From: Methanobacteriota archaeon
GTDB lineage: Archaea > Thermoplasmatota > Poseidoniia > Poseidoniales > Poseidoniaceae
Reading direction: 5' to 3'
DNA length: 50,806 bases
Assembly: GCA_002715725.1 (NCBI GenBank)
Contig: PAZU01000006.1
Location: forward strand, 1-50,806
Part shown: positions 1 through 8,249 of the stretch, in pieces
Position numbering within the stretch: the first letter of the stretch is position 1
How the letters are laid out: every line of letters begins with the position of its first letter
Translations under genes and position numbers: made by a program
The notes under the pieces: model-generated
Database searches by the model: none
What the model was told of the DNA's origin: nothing
Seen by the model: only the letters and a program-made list of their open reading frames with translations

Positions 1-232
1 CTAGTCTGTCGACAAGTTTCCCCTTTCCTTCATCTCCCCACTGGGCGCCGAGTACAATTGTGGCTGGCATGCTTCTCAGACCAAGCGCATAGCATATAGT
101 GCATGAACTATGCGCAAGTGACAATTGCCGGTAAACAACCGCATTTTCTGAATTCTGTCCAGTTTTCTAACGATGTTAGGTAGTATATTGTCATCTAGTG
201 GAAAGAGGCCTTTGAAGCAAAAAAACCACGAG

Positions 233-240
233 TTTAAATA
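233..240 (+). promoter_or_regulatory. Candidate archaeal TATA box (TTTAAATA) preceded by an A-rich BRE-like stretch
   Basis: TTTAAATA at 233-240 follows AAAAAACCACGAG. It lies 135 nt upstream of the tfb ATG, so it would give a long leader or drive a small untranslated RNA. A second weaker TATA-like CTATAAA at 330-336 is better spaced for tfb. Confidence 0.25.
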
Positions 241-374
241 GGTCGCAAGCGCATAACTATTGTTCCCGGGTGAAAAAGGTTCTGTGACTTGCAGTCTTCT
301 GCTGAGGCAGAGGGTCTGCCTGCGAAACAACTATAAACCCGTGGCCTAACTACATAACTCGGAGTTGAGAAGAG

Positions 375-1400
375 ATGACGCAAGATGAGACAGTCCGCCG
401 TGAAGCGGAGCAGAAGAAGAATATGCAGAGAGACAACATAGCCCGCAAGGGGCTAGGTTCAAGCCGCCCCCAACGTAGAGTTGTTGACGGACACACTAAG
501 CCTTGCGACGAGTGCGGAGTTGTAGATTGGATAAGCGACAACAGTCGCGGAGAAGTATCTTGTAGAGAATGCGGATTGGTCGTTGAGGAGAATGTGATTG
601 ACCCAGGTATCGACTGGACCAACCACGACAGCACTACAGACCGTTCCCGTATAGGTGCCCCTGCAACTCATACACTTGCTGATAAGGGCTTGAACACTTC
701 TATCTCAAATTCAGATTTGACCTCAAGTGCAGCTGGTAGATTAGGCATGTCTGCAAAAGCTCGTCGTGATTGGCGTCGTCGTAGAGTTATGGACGAGCGC
801 TCCAAGACTCGTGCAAGCCGTGCTCGCAATCTGGTAAAAGCGAACCAGATGGTTCGTGACAGATCTGGTCTTCCAAGGTCGATGCAAGAGGAAGTCTGCA
901 GGTTGTATAAACTTCTTTCACACCAGGGTTTTGTCACTGGCCGTTCTATTGCAGGAGTTACTGCTGCATGCACATATCTAGTAGCTCGTAAGGAAGGTGT
1001 ACCTCGTCAGATTCCGGAGATTGCAGAAACCTTCCAAGTCGATGAGAAGGAACTGTCACGTATGATTCGCCACATATCACGCAAGTTTAACATGCACAAA
1101 ATCTCCTGTCCATCAGATTACTTTAGTCGCTTTATCAGCGACCTAAAGTTGCCTCCGAACACTTCTCTACAGGTCGAGCACTTGTGGAATATTCTCAAGC
1201 CACATGTCGACATATGGCAAGGCAAGAAGCCAATGGGAGTGGCAGCCGCATTAATCTACAAAGCAGCTGCTGAGAACGGACACAAGAGAACTCAGGCCGA
1301 AATTTGCGCAGTTGCAAAGGTTTCAGAGGTTACTCTTCGTCAACTTAACCGTATTATCGCAGGCCTATTCAAGAGTCTAGGCGTAGCTGATAAGAATTGA
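375..1400 (+). CDS. tfb: Transcription initiation factor B (TFB / TFIIB homologue)
   Basis: Zn-ribbon CDECG...CRECG is followed by VIDPGIDW and two cyclin-like repeats (GRSIAGVTAACTYLVAR; KPMGVAAALIYKAAAENG). There are about 44 basic residues before the ribbon, so an internal Met at nt 423 is an alternative start. Confidence 0.95.
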   Translation: MTQDETVRREAEQKKNMQRDNIARKGLGSSRPQRRVVDGHTKPCDECGVVDWISDNSRGEVSCRECGLVVEENVIDPGIDWTNHDSTTDRSRIGAPATHTLADKGLNTSISNSDLTSSAAGRLGMSAKARRDWRRRRVMDERSKTRASRARNLVKANQMVRDRSGLPRSMQEEVCRLYKLLSHQGFVTGRSIAGVTAACTYLVARKEGVPRQIPEIAETFQVDEKELSRMIRHISRKFNMHKISCPSDYFSRFISDLKLPPNTSLQVEHLWNILKPHVDIWQGKKPMGVAAALIYKAAAENGHKRTQAEICAVAKVSEVTLRQLNRIIAGLFKSLGVADKN

Positions 1401-1430
1401 AGATATATTCATTTGTCGAGTATTCTTGCA

Positions 1431-1727
1431 ATGTATATGAGCCGCCGAACGAGCAGTGTCCAGCGCAAAGTCAGGATTCCTTCTGGCAAGTCCAAGAAGT
1501 CTAACGCTAAGAAAGAAGTCAAACCCGGAGAGATACCTTGTGGTATTGCGGATTGCGCTGATTTCGCTGACAAACACATGGGTGGACGTTCTCTAAGTCA
1601 AGAGAATGCAATCGATACTTGGGGCGAAGGAGCATTCACTGTTCGCAAAAACCGAGTTCGAGTATGCAAACCATGTTACAAGATTTGGAAGAAAGACAAC
1701 AAGGATGACATGAACTCTCATTATTGA
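1431..1727 (+). CDS. Small basic Cys-containing protein (putative zinc-binding), function unknown
   Basis: The ORF lies 13-30 nt after tfb on the same strand. It has a Lys/Arg-rich N-terminus, then CGIADC...H and CKPCYK Cys pairs. The tracked ORF begins at TTG 1413; the first ATG is 1431. No family recognised. Confidence 0.5.
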   Translation: MYMSRRTSSVQRKVRIPSGKSKKSNAKKEVKPGEIPCGIADCADFADKHMGGRSLSQENAIDTWGEGAFTVRKNRVRVCKPCYKIWKKDNKDDMNSHY

Positions 1728-1752
1728 TCACTTTCACTTTCACTCACACTCT

Positions 1753-2292
1753 GTGGGAAATGAAAGTAGACCTCCGGCAGTGAATTCAGTTGTCATGAGA
1801 CAATTGAGAACAGTAATCCGCTCGATGATAACCGCAGGTGGTAGCGTCGTAGCAATGGACGATGCAACGATAGTTTGGAAACCTAAGAATGATAGACAAA
1901 GGCGTGTAAAAATTGCAGCGCCCGCTAGTGTATTGCTTGGCTTAATCGGCCCTAATGGGATGGTAGACCGAGTTGTTGCTGGAGATGTGTGTGGAGGGGT
2001 GAACTTGATTTCACTCGACACGATGGAAGTAATAGACAGATTTGTCGTTGGAAACACCAAGATTAGATCTTTGTGCGCATCATCGATTAGTGGTGAGAGT
2101 ATATTGGTCGGCTGTGAGAACGGTTCTGTGTTCATGATTGGAACTAATGTTCCAAATCGTGTTTTGAACTTGTTTGATCTTGATGGACCTGCATCGGCCC
2201 TGAGGATAGTGGGCCAGGATTTGCATATACAGCAAGGTTGGGAAAGAAAAGTTGTAGCATGGACTGGCCAAAAATCAGTTCTTGTCGCTTAG
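1753..2292 (+). CDS. Hypothetical protein (beta-rich, possibly propeller-like)
   Basis: A 179-aa ORF (GTG 1753; first ATG 1795) continues the tfb-strand run. Its composition is beta-strand-like (VVAGDVCGGVNLISLD, ILVGCENGSVFMIG). Its 3' end overlaps the convergent MBL gene by 18 nt. No family recognised. Confidence 0.45.
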   Translation: MGNESRPPAVNSVVMRQLRTVIRSMITAGGSVVAMDDATIVWKPKNDRQRRVKIAAPASVLLGLIGPNGMVDRVVAGDVCGGVNLISLDTMEVIDRFVVGNTKIRSLCASSISGESILVGCENGSVFMIGTNVPNRVLNLFDLDGPASALRIVGQDLHIQQGWERKVVAWTGQKSVLVA

Positions 2293-3060
2293 TTTTTCAT
2301 TTTCCTTCAACGGCCAAGGTGGCTCTGAAGTCAAGAAATATGCGGTCCTAGCAGGTCTTGGCCAGCTCCTCGGTACTTCTCCATCGTTATCTTGGCATTC
2401 TTCAAGGAAGTTGAGATGTTGATTGAGAACCTCATCTATACGCTGGGTTCCTTTGATTGTTGGGCCTCTGGCAGGAACAATGCTCTTTGGTGAAAGGTCG
2501 TGAATCGTCTTTAGAGAGGTTATGAGTTCAGGCAGGCTTCCACCTGGCATATCCCATCTGCATGGAGTGTCCGCTCTAGGTAAGACTGCACCCGTTACTA
2601 AAACGCCGCGTTGCTTTTCGAAGTAACCCATGCCATCACTGCAATGTCCGGGTAAAGATAATGCATGCAATTCTCCATCGCCCAAATCAAAAGTATCCCC
2701 TTGTGCGATTGATTCACACTTAGTACTCGGCATATCAGAATCATATCTGTTAGCCCAAGTTGAGTAAAAATCACCGGTTTCCAAAACTGAAACAGCATCG
2801 CTATGGATATGAATCGGAATGCCGCCAAATGATTCAGAGATATGTTTGGCAGCTCCTGAAAATGGATAACGGCGACTAGTCAGTAAGATTCGATTAAGTT
2901 GAATTCCTGCATTCTTGTTGTTCAGATGCCCTGTAATTCGCTCAACCTGTAGCATTTGGTACCATGTTGTACCTGAATCTACCAATACATTGCTCTCGCT
3001 TCCAGCGAATATGACCGCATTAGCGTCATGGTGTATTCCTGGTAATCTAATGATGCGCAC
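2275..3060 (-). CDS. MBL-fold metallo-hydrolase
   Basis: Order of motifs typical of the metallo-beta-lactamase fold: VLVDSGT, HIHSDA (HxHxD), LPGHCSDG (PGH). GTG start preceded by GGAG. Confidence 0.8.
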   Translation of the reverse strand: MRIIRLPGIHHDANAVIFAGSESNVLVDSGTTWYQMLQVERITGHLNNKNAGIQLNRILLTSRRYPFSGAAKHISESFGGIPIHIHSDAVSVLETGDFYSTWANRYDSDMPSTKCESIAQGDTFDLGDGELHALSLPGHCSDGMGYFEKQRGVLVTGAVLPRADTPCRWDMPGGSLPELITSLKTIHDLSPKSIVPARGPTIKGTQRIDEVLNQHLNFLEECQDNDGEVPRSWPRPARTAYFLTSEPPWPLKENEKLSDKN

Positions 3061-3146
3061 AAATTACTCCACGAGGCTTTAGTGCTTCAAACATGGGTAT
3101 CTCGAATACGGTTTGGGTTAAATACAGGGAGTGGGTCGGCGGAATC

Positions 3147-3296
3147 ATGGCTAGATTCCCTGAAGCAGAGGCACGTTTGCTTCATGTGAAGATTTGCATG
3201 AAATGCAATGCTCGTAATGCAATGCGTGCAACATCCTGTCGCAAATGTGGATACAAGGGATTGCGTCCAAAGAATGTAGAGCGCAAGGGCGCTTGA
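3147..3296 (+). CDS. rpl40e: 50S ribosomal protein L40e
   Basis: [42 protein letters not shown] is the canonical archaeal L40e zinc-ribbon protein. The tracked ORF from 3093 is an upstream extension. TTAAATA at 3118-3124 sits about 25 nt before this ATG, a leaderless-type spacing. Confidence 0.9.
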   Translation: MARFPEAEARLLHVKICMKCNARNAMRATSCRKCGYKGLRPKNVERKGA

Positions 3297-4280
3297 TCAC
3301 AAAACTCCTAGCAACGGCATGATATATGCCATAGGGCCTCCTACTAAGAATAGTGGAATTATTGCTGGCCATAGGAATACCAACAAGGGATATTTCCTAG
3401 TAACCCACACTTTTTCTACTCCATTTTCCTTTAGAATTGAAATTTCATCGGTTAATTTCTCTTTGCTTGGAGTCATTCTCGGCGCTCTGGTGCGATGAAC
3501 AATTTTCTTTTCTCCACTGGGCATTTCAGCAATAGATGATAGTAGCCATACATGGCTATTGATGACATCGTCTATGTCCATCTTTTCAGCGTGCCAAATC
3601 AATTTGAGCGTAGTATTTCCTTCTTTTAGGTTCTTTAGCACCATAATTATTGGTAAAATCAAGAATGCCAAACCTCCCCAGACAAGTAATGCTATTGCAG
3701 GTGGCATTGCAATCACGGCTTCTTCCATTACATCTGGATAAAATATTGGGATGCTTGACCAAGAAGGGACTAAAATCGCCACCCACATCAATCCTTTACA
3801 ATCAGCCCCACCGTGAATTAATCGCATTCTCCAAGCCATATCTACTAAGAAAATGGGAATGAAAACCGCAAATGTCGACCACCAAAGAGTTGCTTCTTCA
3901 CTACCATCTCCTGACAAAATAGACAGAATTGATTCATCTGAGTGCAACAGTAATCCCTGTACCACTCCGGAGATTCCGATTAGATACCACAGGCTTACTG
4001 CTAGGTCAAGCCGATTTCCGGAGCGGATGTCTGCCAGGGACGGTCTACCAATTACTGCTACAGAAGCATATGCTACCATTCCAGCTGCAGTGGCAAAAAC
4101 ATACCATTGCGCCTCTGAGTTTAACAGGTCTAGAACCCACAAGAATATCGCAGGCTTAGCCCAAGTTATCCAGAATTCATTTGGTACTCTTCGCTCTTTG
4201 TGGTCCAGCCATGCAGCAATTCCGAGTGCCCAAAACAAGACAATTAGGCGAGTCCAGGATATGACTTCCCCCGAATCCAT
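3297..4280 (-). CDS. A24-family prepilin/preflagellin-type signal peptidase (polytopic membrane)
   Basis: Multi-TM protein with the two aspartyl motifs of the family: LDHKERRVPN near the N-terminus and GGADCKGL later. No pilin or archaellin gene is present in the window. Confidence 0.75.
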   Translation of the reverse strand: MDSGEVISWTRLIVLFWALGIAAWLDHKERRVPNEFWITWAKPAIFLWVLDLLNSEAQWYVFATAAGMVAYASVAVIGRPSLADIRSGNRLDLAVSLWYLIGISGVVQGLLLHSDESILSILSGDGSEEATLWWSTFAVFIPIFLVDMAWRMRLIHGGADCKGLMWVAILVPSWSSIPIFYPDVMEEAVIAMPPAIALLVWGGLAFLILPIIMVLKNLKEGNTTLKLIWHAEKMDIDDVINSHVWLLSSIAEMPSGEKKIVHRTRAPRMTPSKEKLTDEISILKENGVEKVWVTRKYPLLVFLWPAIIPLFLVGGPMAYIMPLLGVL

Positions 4281-4359
4281 GTAACTCGGGTGGCGGCAAT
4301 CACCTTAAAGGAGACACTCTTGAGAGAAGCGTGCGCGAGACTTTGTGCAGGTGTAAGTT

Positions 4360-4629
4360 ATGTCCGACATTGAAACTAAGTTGGTGCAAATTGCCACAGT
4401 GATTAACCAGATTGACGATCCTAAAGTTCCAAGGAATATTCGTAAAAGTGCTAAAGATGCATGCGAACAGTGGTTGTTGAATAAATCTAAAGAAATGGAT
4501 ATTCGAATTGCAATTACGCAAGCTAAATTGGAAGAATTGTATGAAGATCCAAATATTCCTCCAGAGTTCGGTACTCTCATACTAATGATAAACACCGAGT
4601 TGGAAAAGTTGCTTAGAGAAACGCTCTAA
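4360..4629 (+). CDS. UPF0147-family small archaeal protein
   Basis: This 89-aa helical protein has the VPRNIRKSAKDA ... EDPNIPPE pattern that I recall as the UPF0147 signature (VPRNIRR..., DPNMP). Confidence 0.7.
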   Translation: MSDIETKLVQIATVINQIDDPKVPRNIRKSAKDACEQWLLNKSKEMDIRIAITQAKLEELYEDPNIPPEFGTLILMINTELEKLLRETL

Positions 4630-6063
4630 TCATTCTTCTTCGGATTCATCTTCTAATTTATCGATGAGATCTTCCAGTTGTGAGCGCAGATTTTTTGGAA
4701 CCTTTCCAGGGGATAAATTCTCTCTAAGTTCAGTGAAATCATCTCGTCCTTCCAATGCATCGATTATGAACTCGATTTCATCAGCACGGGCTCTTCCTCT
4801 TTTCAGGATTGTTTGAGCAGCAGACCTACATGAAATCCTTACTACTTCTTCATCTGAAACTCCTAATGACCTTTGCAATTCGGATAGTTTGTGGAATTCG
4901 CCTGAAGATAAGTATCCATCTTTTAGTGCATCTTGCCATGCTTCTTCCAATGTTGGTGCTCTTTCAGAAAGCAATATTGCAATTGGGCGAGTTTCTTCGA
5001 TGTTCTCTAAGACAATCTTCACAATTGCGAACAGAGGAACTGCTAAAATCATCCCAGTAATACCCCATAGCCAAAATGAGAATGCTGTAATCAACAACAA
5101 AATCACTGGAGACAAATCCAGTGCTCTTCCTGCCCACTTCGTTTCGATATAGTTCCCCCATACCTGTTGATTTATCAGCAGCAATAATGTCATAATCAGC
5201 AACATAGTTGGTGTTAGCAAAATAACTCCGAGAATCAAAGGAGGAATAGTAGCAATTAGGGATCCTATGTATGGGACATAATTCAAAATGAATGTCATAA
5301 CTGCCCACACAAACCACAAATCGATGCCAAACATTAGCATGATGATTGCTGCAATGAATGCACTACCTATACCACATCCAGTTTTTACAATGATGTAGGT
5401 ATTGATTCCCTCTTCAATTTGGGTTTGGATAATTTCAACTCGCCCAGTTGAACTTCCCGGCCAAGCCCTCTCGATTCTTCCTGGTAACAAATGTGCTTCG
5501 AAAATGATGAAGATTAGGAAGAAAAGTACAGTTATACTGGTTGTAACAAATGCACCAACTTCACTTACTACAGAAGCAACGAGGTCGGTGGCAGAACCTC
5601 CTGAACCGATTCCTATACTCTCCAAATCACCTTCCACGGTTCCACTGTCTCCTTTTACAGATTCAGTGATAGCTGGCCCGATAAGGGGAACATTCTTCAG
5701 ATTCGTCCATTTTTTGTTGAGTTTGTCATTATACTCATCTTGCCTGTCTTCATCTTCTATAAGTCCTTGAGCCTGTGACCATGCAAAGAATGCAGTTGAA
5801 ATTAGAATTAATATGAATAACAATAGCATTGTTAGATATGACAGAAATACTGGAAAATTATTCTTGGATAACCAGTCAGCACCAGGTTTTAGGACGAAGT
5901 AAATTCCTAGAGCAATGAAGAATGGTTTGAGTACAGATTCTAGATGAATCATCGCTAGACAGAATACTGTAAGAATGATTGCTGAATGCGAAAACGTAGC
6001 AATTCTTCTGTGAAAAGACGAATTGTTAGTGTCGATTGTACTCTCTCCCATATTTTGGGACAA
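4630..6063 (-). CDS. AI-2E family transporter (UPF0118/PerM-like) with long cytoplasmic C-terminal tail
   Basis: Polytopic membrane protein with the family-typical NYVPYIGSLIATIPPLILG segment. About 110 aa of helical, acidic C-terminal extension ends in EDESEEE. Confidence 0.85.
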   Translation of the reverse strand: MSQNMGESTIDTNNSSFHRRIATFSHSAIILTVFCLAMIHLESVLKPFFIALGIYFVLKPGADWLSKNNFPVFLSYLTMLLLFILILISTAFFAWSQAQGLIEDEDRQDEYNDKLNKKWTNLKNVPLIGPAITESVKGDSGTVEGDLESIGIGSGGSATDLVASVVSEVGAFVTTSITVLFFLIFIIFEAHLLPGRIERAWPGSSTGRVEIIQTQIEEGINTYIIVKTGCGIGSAFIAAIIMLMFGIDLWFVWAVMTFILNYVPYIGSLIATIPPLILGVILLTPTMLLIMTLLLLINQQVWGNYIETKWAGRALDLSPVILLLITAFSFWLWGITGMILAVPLFAIVKIVLENIEETRPIAILLSERAPTLEEAWQDALKDGYLSSGEFHKLSELQRSLGVSDEEVVRISCRSAAQTILKRGRARADEIEFIIDALEGRDDFTELRENLSPGKVPKNLRSQLEDLIDKLEDESEEE

Positions 6064-6122
6064 AAATTTCCAATACTTGAGTTATTCACCTAAATCAGTA
6101 GATTCGACTGAGTTCAGGAACA

Positions 6123-8198
6123 TCATGAGACCTGACTGTTGGGTGCAACATCTGGAGTTAATCTGTCGATGACAGCAGACAAGCGCTCAACTAGACTAGT
6201 CTTCATATCTCCAATTAGTAATGCGTGTTCCATAACTTCGTCTAATGTATCTACGGCAATTACCTCAATGTCCTCAAACTGCTTGTCTAGCAGAACATCT
6301 TGAGCATTGGCACGAGGGATGATTACAGTCTTAATTCCAGACTTAGCAGCAGATTCAATCTTGGCTGTAACTCCACCAATCGGTAGTACTTCGCCGCGCA
6401 CTGACAGGCTTCCAGTCATTGCTAAGTCTTGTCGAATTGGAATATTTTCTAAGGCTGAAATGATCGCTGTTGCAATAGTAATCGATGCGGAGTCGCCGTC
6501 AACACCATGGGTGTCTACGAATTGAATATGAATATCATAATCCGAAACATCCTTGCCGGTTAATTTCTTGATTACCGCACTGACATTTGTTACACTTTCT
6601 TTAGCTAGGTCTGAGAGTCCACCGGTTGCGTAAACTTTCCCGCCACTGGATAATGAAGGGGTTACTAGAGCCTCGACAGGTAGCATTATTCCGCTGTAAT
6701 CTGATAATCCCGAATCTGCACCTAGTACTGCTAATCCATTGACACGACCAATTCTGTTACCAGAATTGACAACTAGAGAGTATTCTTGACGTCTCTCAAT
6801 CATTCTGTCTGCAACTTGTTGCTCCAATGGTTTTGCAATATTTCTTGCTGCAAGCACATGACGGGATGTAGTGTATTGAGCGCCTTCCTCGCAAGCTAGG
6901 TCGCCTGCAATTCTAACCAATCCGCCCAATTCACGTAGCCTCAGAGAAAGTTTGCCACGTCGGCCTGCACGGCGTTGTGCTTCTCTAAGAATAACAGAAA
7001 CTCCGGTTCTATCAAAGTGAGGAATCTCTCTAGAAGTACCCAAATCTCTCTGTACTTCTTGGGCAATAAATCGAATTAGACGTCTGCGATTTGTAGTTGT
7101 ATCTGGCATGTTTGAATTGACATAAACTTCGTATCCATAACCCCGAATACGGCTTCTTAGAGCAGGATGCATTCCTTGGATTGCATCTAGATTTCCTGCA
7201 GCGATTAAGATAAAGTCACATGGAACTGCTTCGGTTTTGGTCAATGCACCGCTTGAGCGCTCAGAACGGCCAGATATTGGGAAAGCACGCTCTTGCATTG
7301 CTGTCAGCAATGCCTGCTGCTCTTCTAGCCTGAGTAGGTTAATCTCGTCGATGTATAGAACGCCACCATGAGCACGGTGGATTGCACCAGGCTCTACTCT
7401 TTCGTGAGCAGGAGTCTCCATGCCACCACTTTGGAAAGGGTCGTGTCTTACATCACCTAGTAAACTTCCAGACAGTGTACCGGTAGCATCCACGAATGGA
7501 GGGGGGTCTTGTCCTTGATGCTTCACTAACACCTTAGGAATACGTGCTTCATCTGCTCCACCCATGCGTGATCTAAGGAACATGTAACCAAACATTAGTA
7601 GCAACATTCCGAATAGCAGAGTAAGAATGTCTCCACTTTGTAAAGCAACTACTGCTAGTAAGAAAGCAATAGCGACAAATCCAATCATCAACATTTTCTG
7701 ACTCTTTTCACGTTGAATCTTTACGGCCTCTTTCTGACTTTTGACGATTCTATCGCCACGTCCTGCAGGTACTGTACGGACTCTAGGTTCATTTTCGTCA
7801 TCATCATTCGGATAACAGAGAATATCTTCCAACTTATCCTGAGGGAGAAGTTCTGTCATTGACCTAGCAAGCATTGATTTGCCTGTTCCAGGATCTCCAA
7901 TCATCATCATGTGCCTGCGTTGCTCTGCAGCCTTACGAATAACGATTGAACCAGCATCTTGTCCTATTACTTGATCTACCAATCTCTCAGGGATTGGTAC
8001 TTCTTCAGTAGTGGTGAAATCTATGCTACGAACCCATTCGTCAACAGGAGTAGAGTTCAACTCGATGTTTTCGGAAGATTCTGGACTCCAAATAGTAACC
8101 ATTGCTTCCTCTTCCTCTGGAGAATTTTCTTCCTCCTGAGTCTCGGAAATTTCGGTTATTTCCTCTTCGGTCACAGTTACTCCTCCTACACAGTCCAT
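6123..8198 (-). CDS. lonB: Archaeal membrane-bound Lon protease (LonB)
   Basis: Walker A GDPGTGKS, two TM helices inserted within the AAA+ module ([32 protein letters not shown]), and a C-terminal Lon Ser-Lys protease domain ([27 protein letters not shown]). Acidic N-terminal extension. Confidence 0.93.
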   Translation of the reverse strand: MDCVGGVTVTEEEITEISETQEEENSPEEEEAMVTIWSPESSENIELNSTPVDEWVRSIDFTTTEEVPIPERLVDQVIGQDAGSIVIRKAAEQRRHMMMIGDPGTGKSMLARSMTELLPQDKLEDILCYPNDDDENEPRVRTVPAGRGDRIVKSQKEAVKIQREKSQKMLMIGFVAIAFLLAVVALQSGDILTLLFGMLLLMFGYMFLRSRMGGADEARIPKVLVKHQGQDPPPFVDATGTLSGSLLGDVRHDPFQSGGMETPAHERVEPGAIHRAHGGVLYIDEINLLRLEEQQALLTAMQERAFPISGRSERSSGALTKTEAVPCDFILIAAGNLDAIQGMHPALRSRIRGYGYEVYVNSNMPDTTTNRRRLIRFIAQEVQRDLGTSREIPHFDRTGVSVILREAQRRAGRRGKLSLRLRELGGLVRIAGDLACEEGAQYTTSRHVLAARNIAKPLEQQVADRMIERRQEYSLVVNSGNRIGRVNGLAVLGADSGLSDYSGIMLPVEALVTPSLSSGGKVYATGGLSDLAKESVTNVSAVIKKLTGKDVSDYDIHIQFVDTHGVDGDSASITIATAIISALENIPIRQDLAMTGSLSVRGEVLPIGGVTAKIESAAKSGIKTVIIPRANAQDVLLDKQFEDIEVIAVDTLDEVMEHALLIGDMKTSLVERLSAVIDRLTPDVAPNSQVS

Positions 8199-8249
8199 TT
8201 TAGCCGTTTGGCAAACGCCATAGAGCCTAATTCGGACTTATTTAATCAC

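Noticed and set aside
76-330. 84-aa minus-strand ORF upstream of tfb
   Set aside because: It has a TTG start, no SD or TATA in a sensible position and an odd composition. The region is better described as non-coding or regulatory.
1728-1752. Short CACTTT hexamer repeats between the small Zn protein ORF and the next ORF
   Set aside because: There are only about 2.5 copies in a 25-nt spacer, too short to distinguish from chance. It is noted only as possible spacer low complexity.
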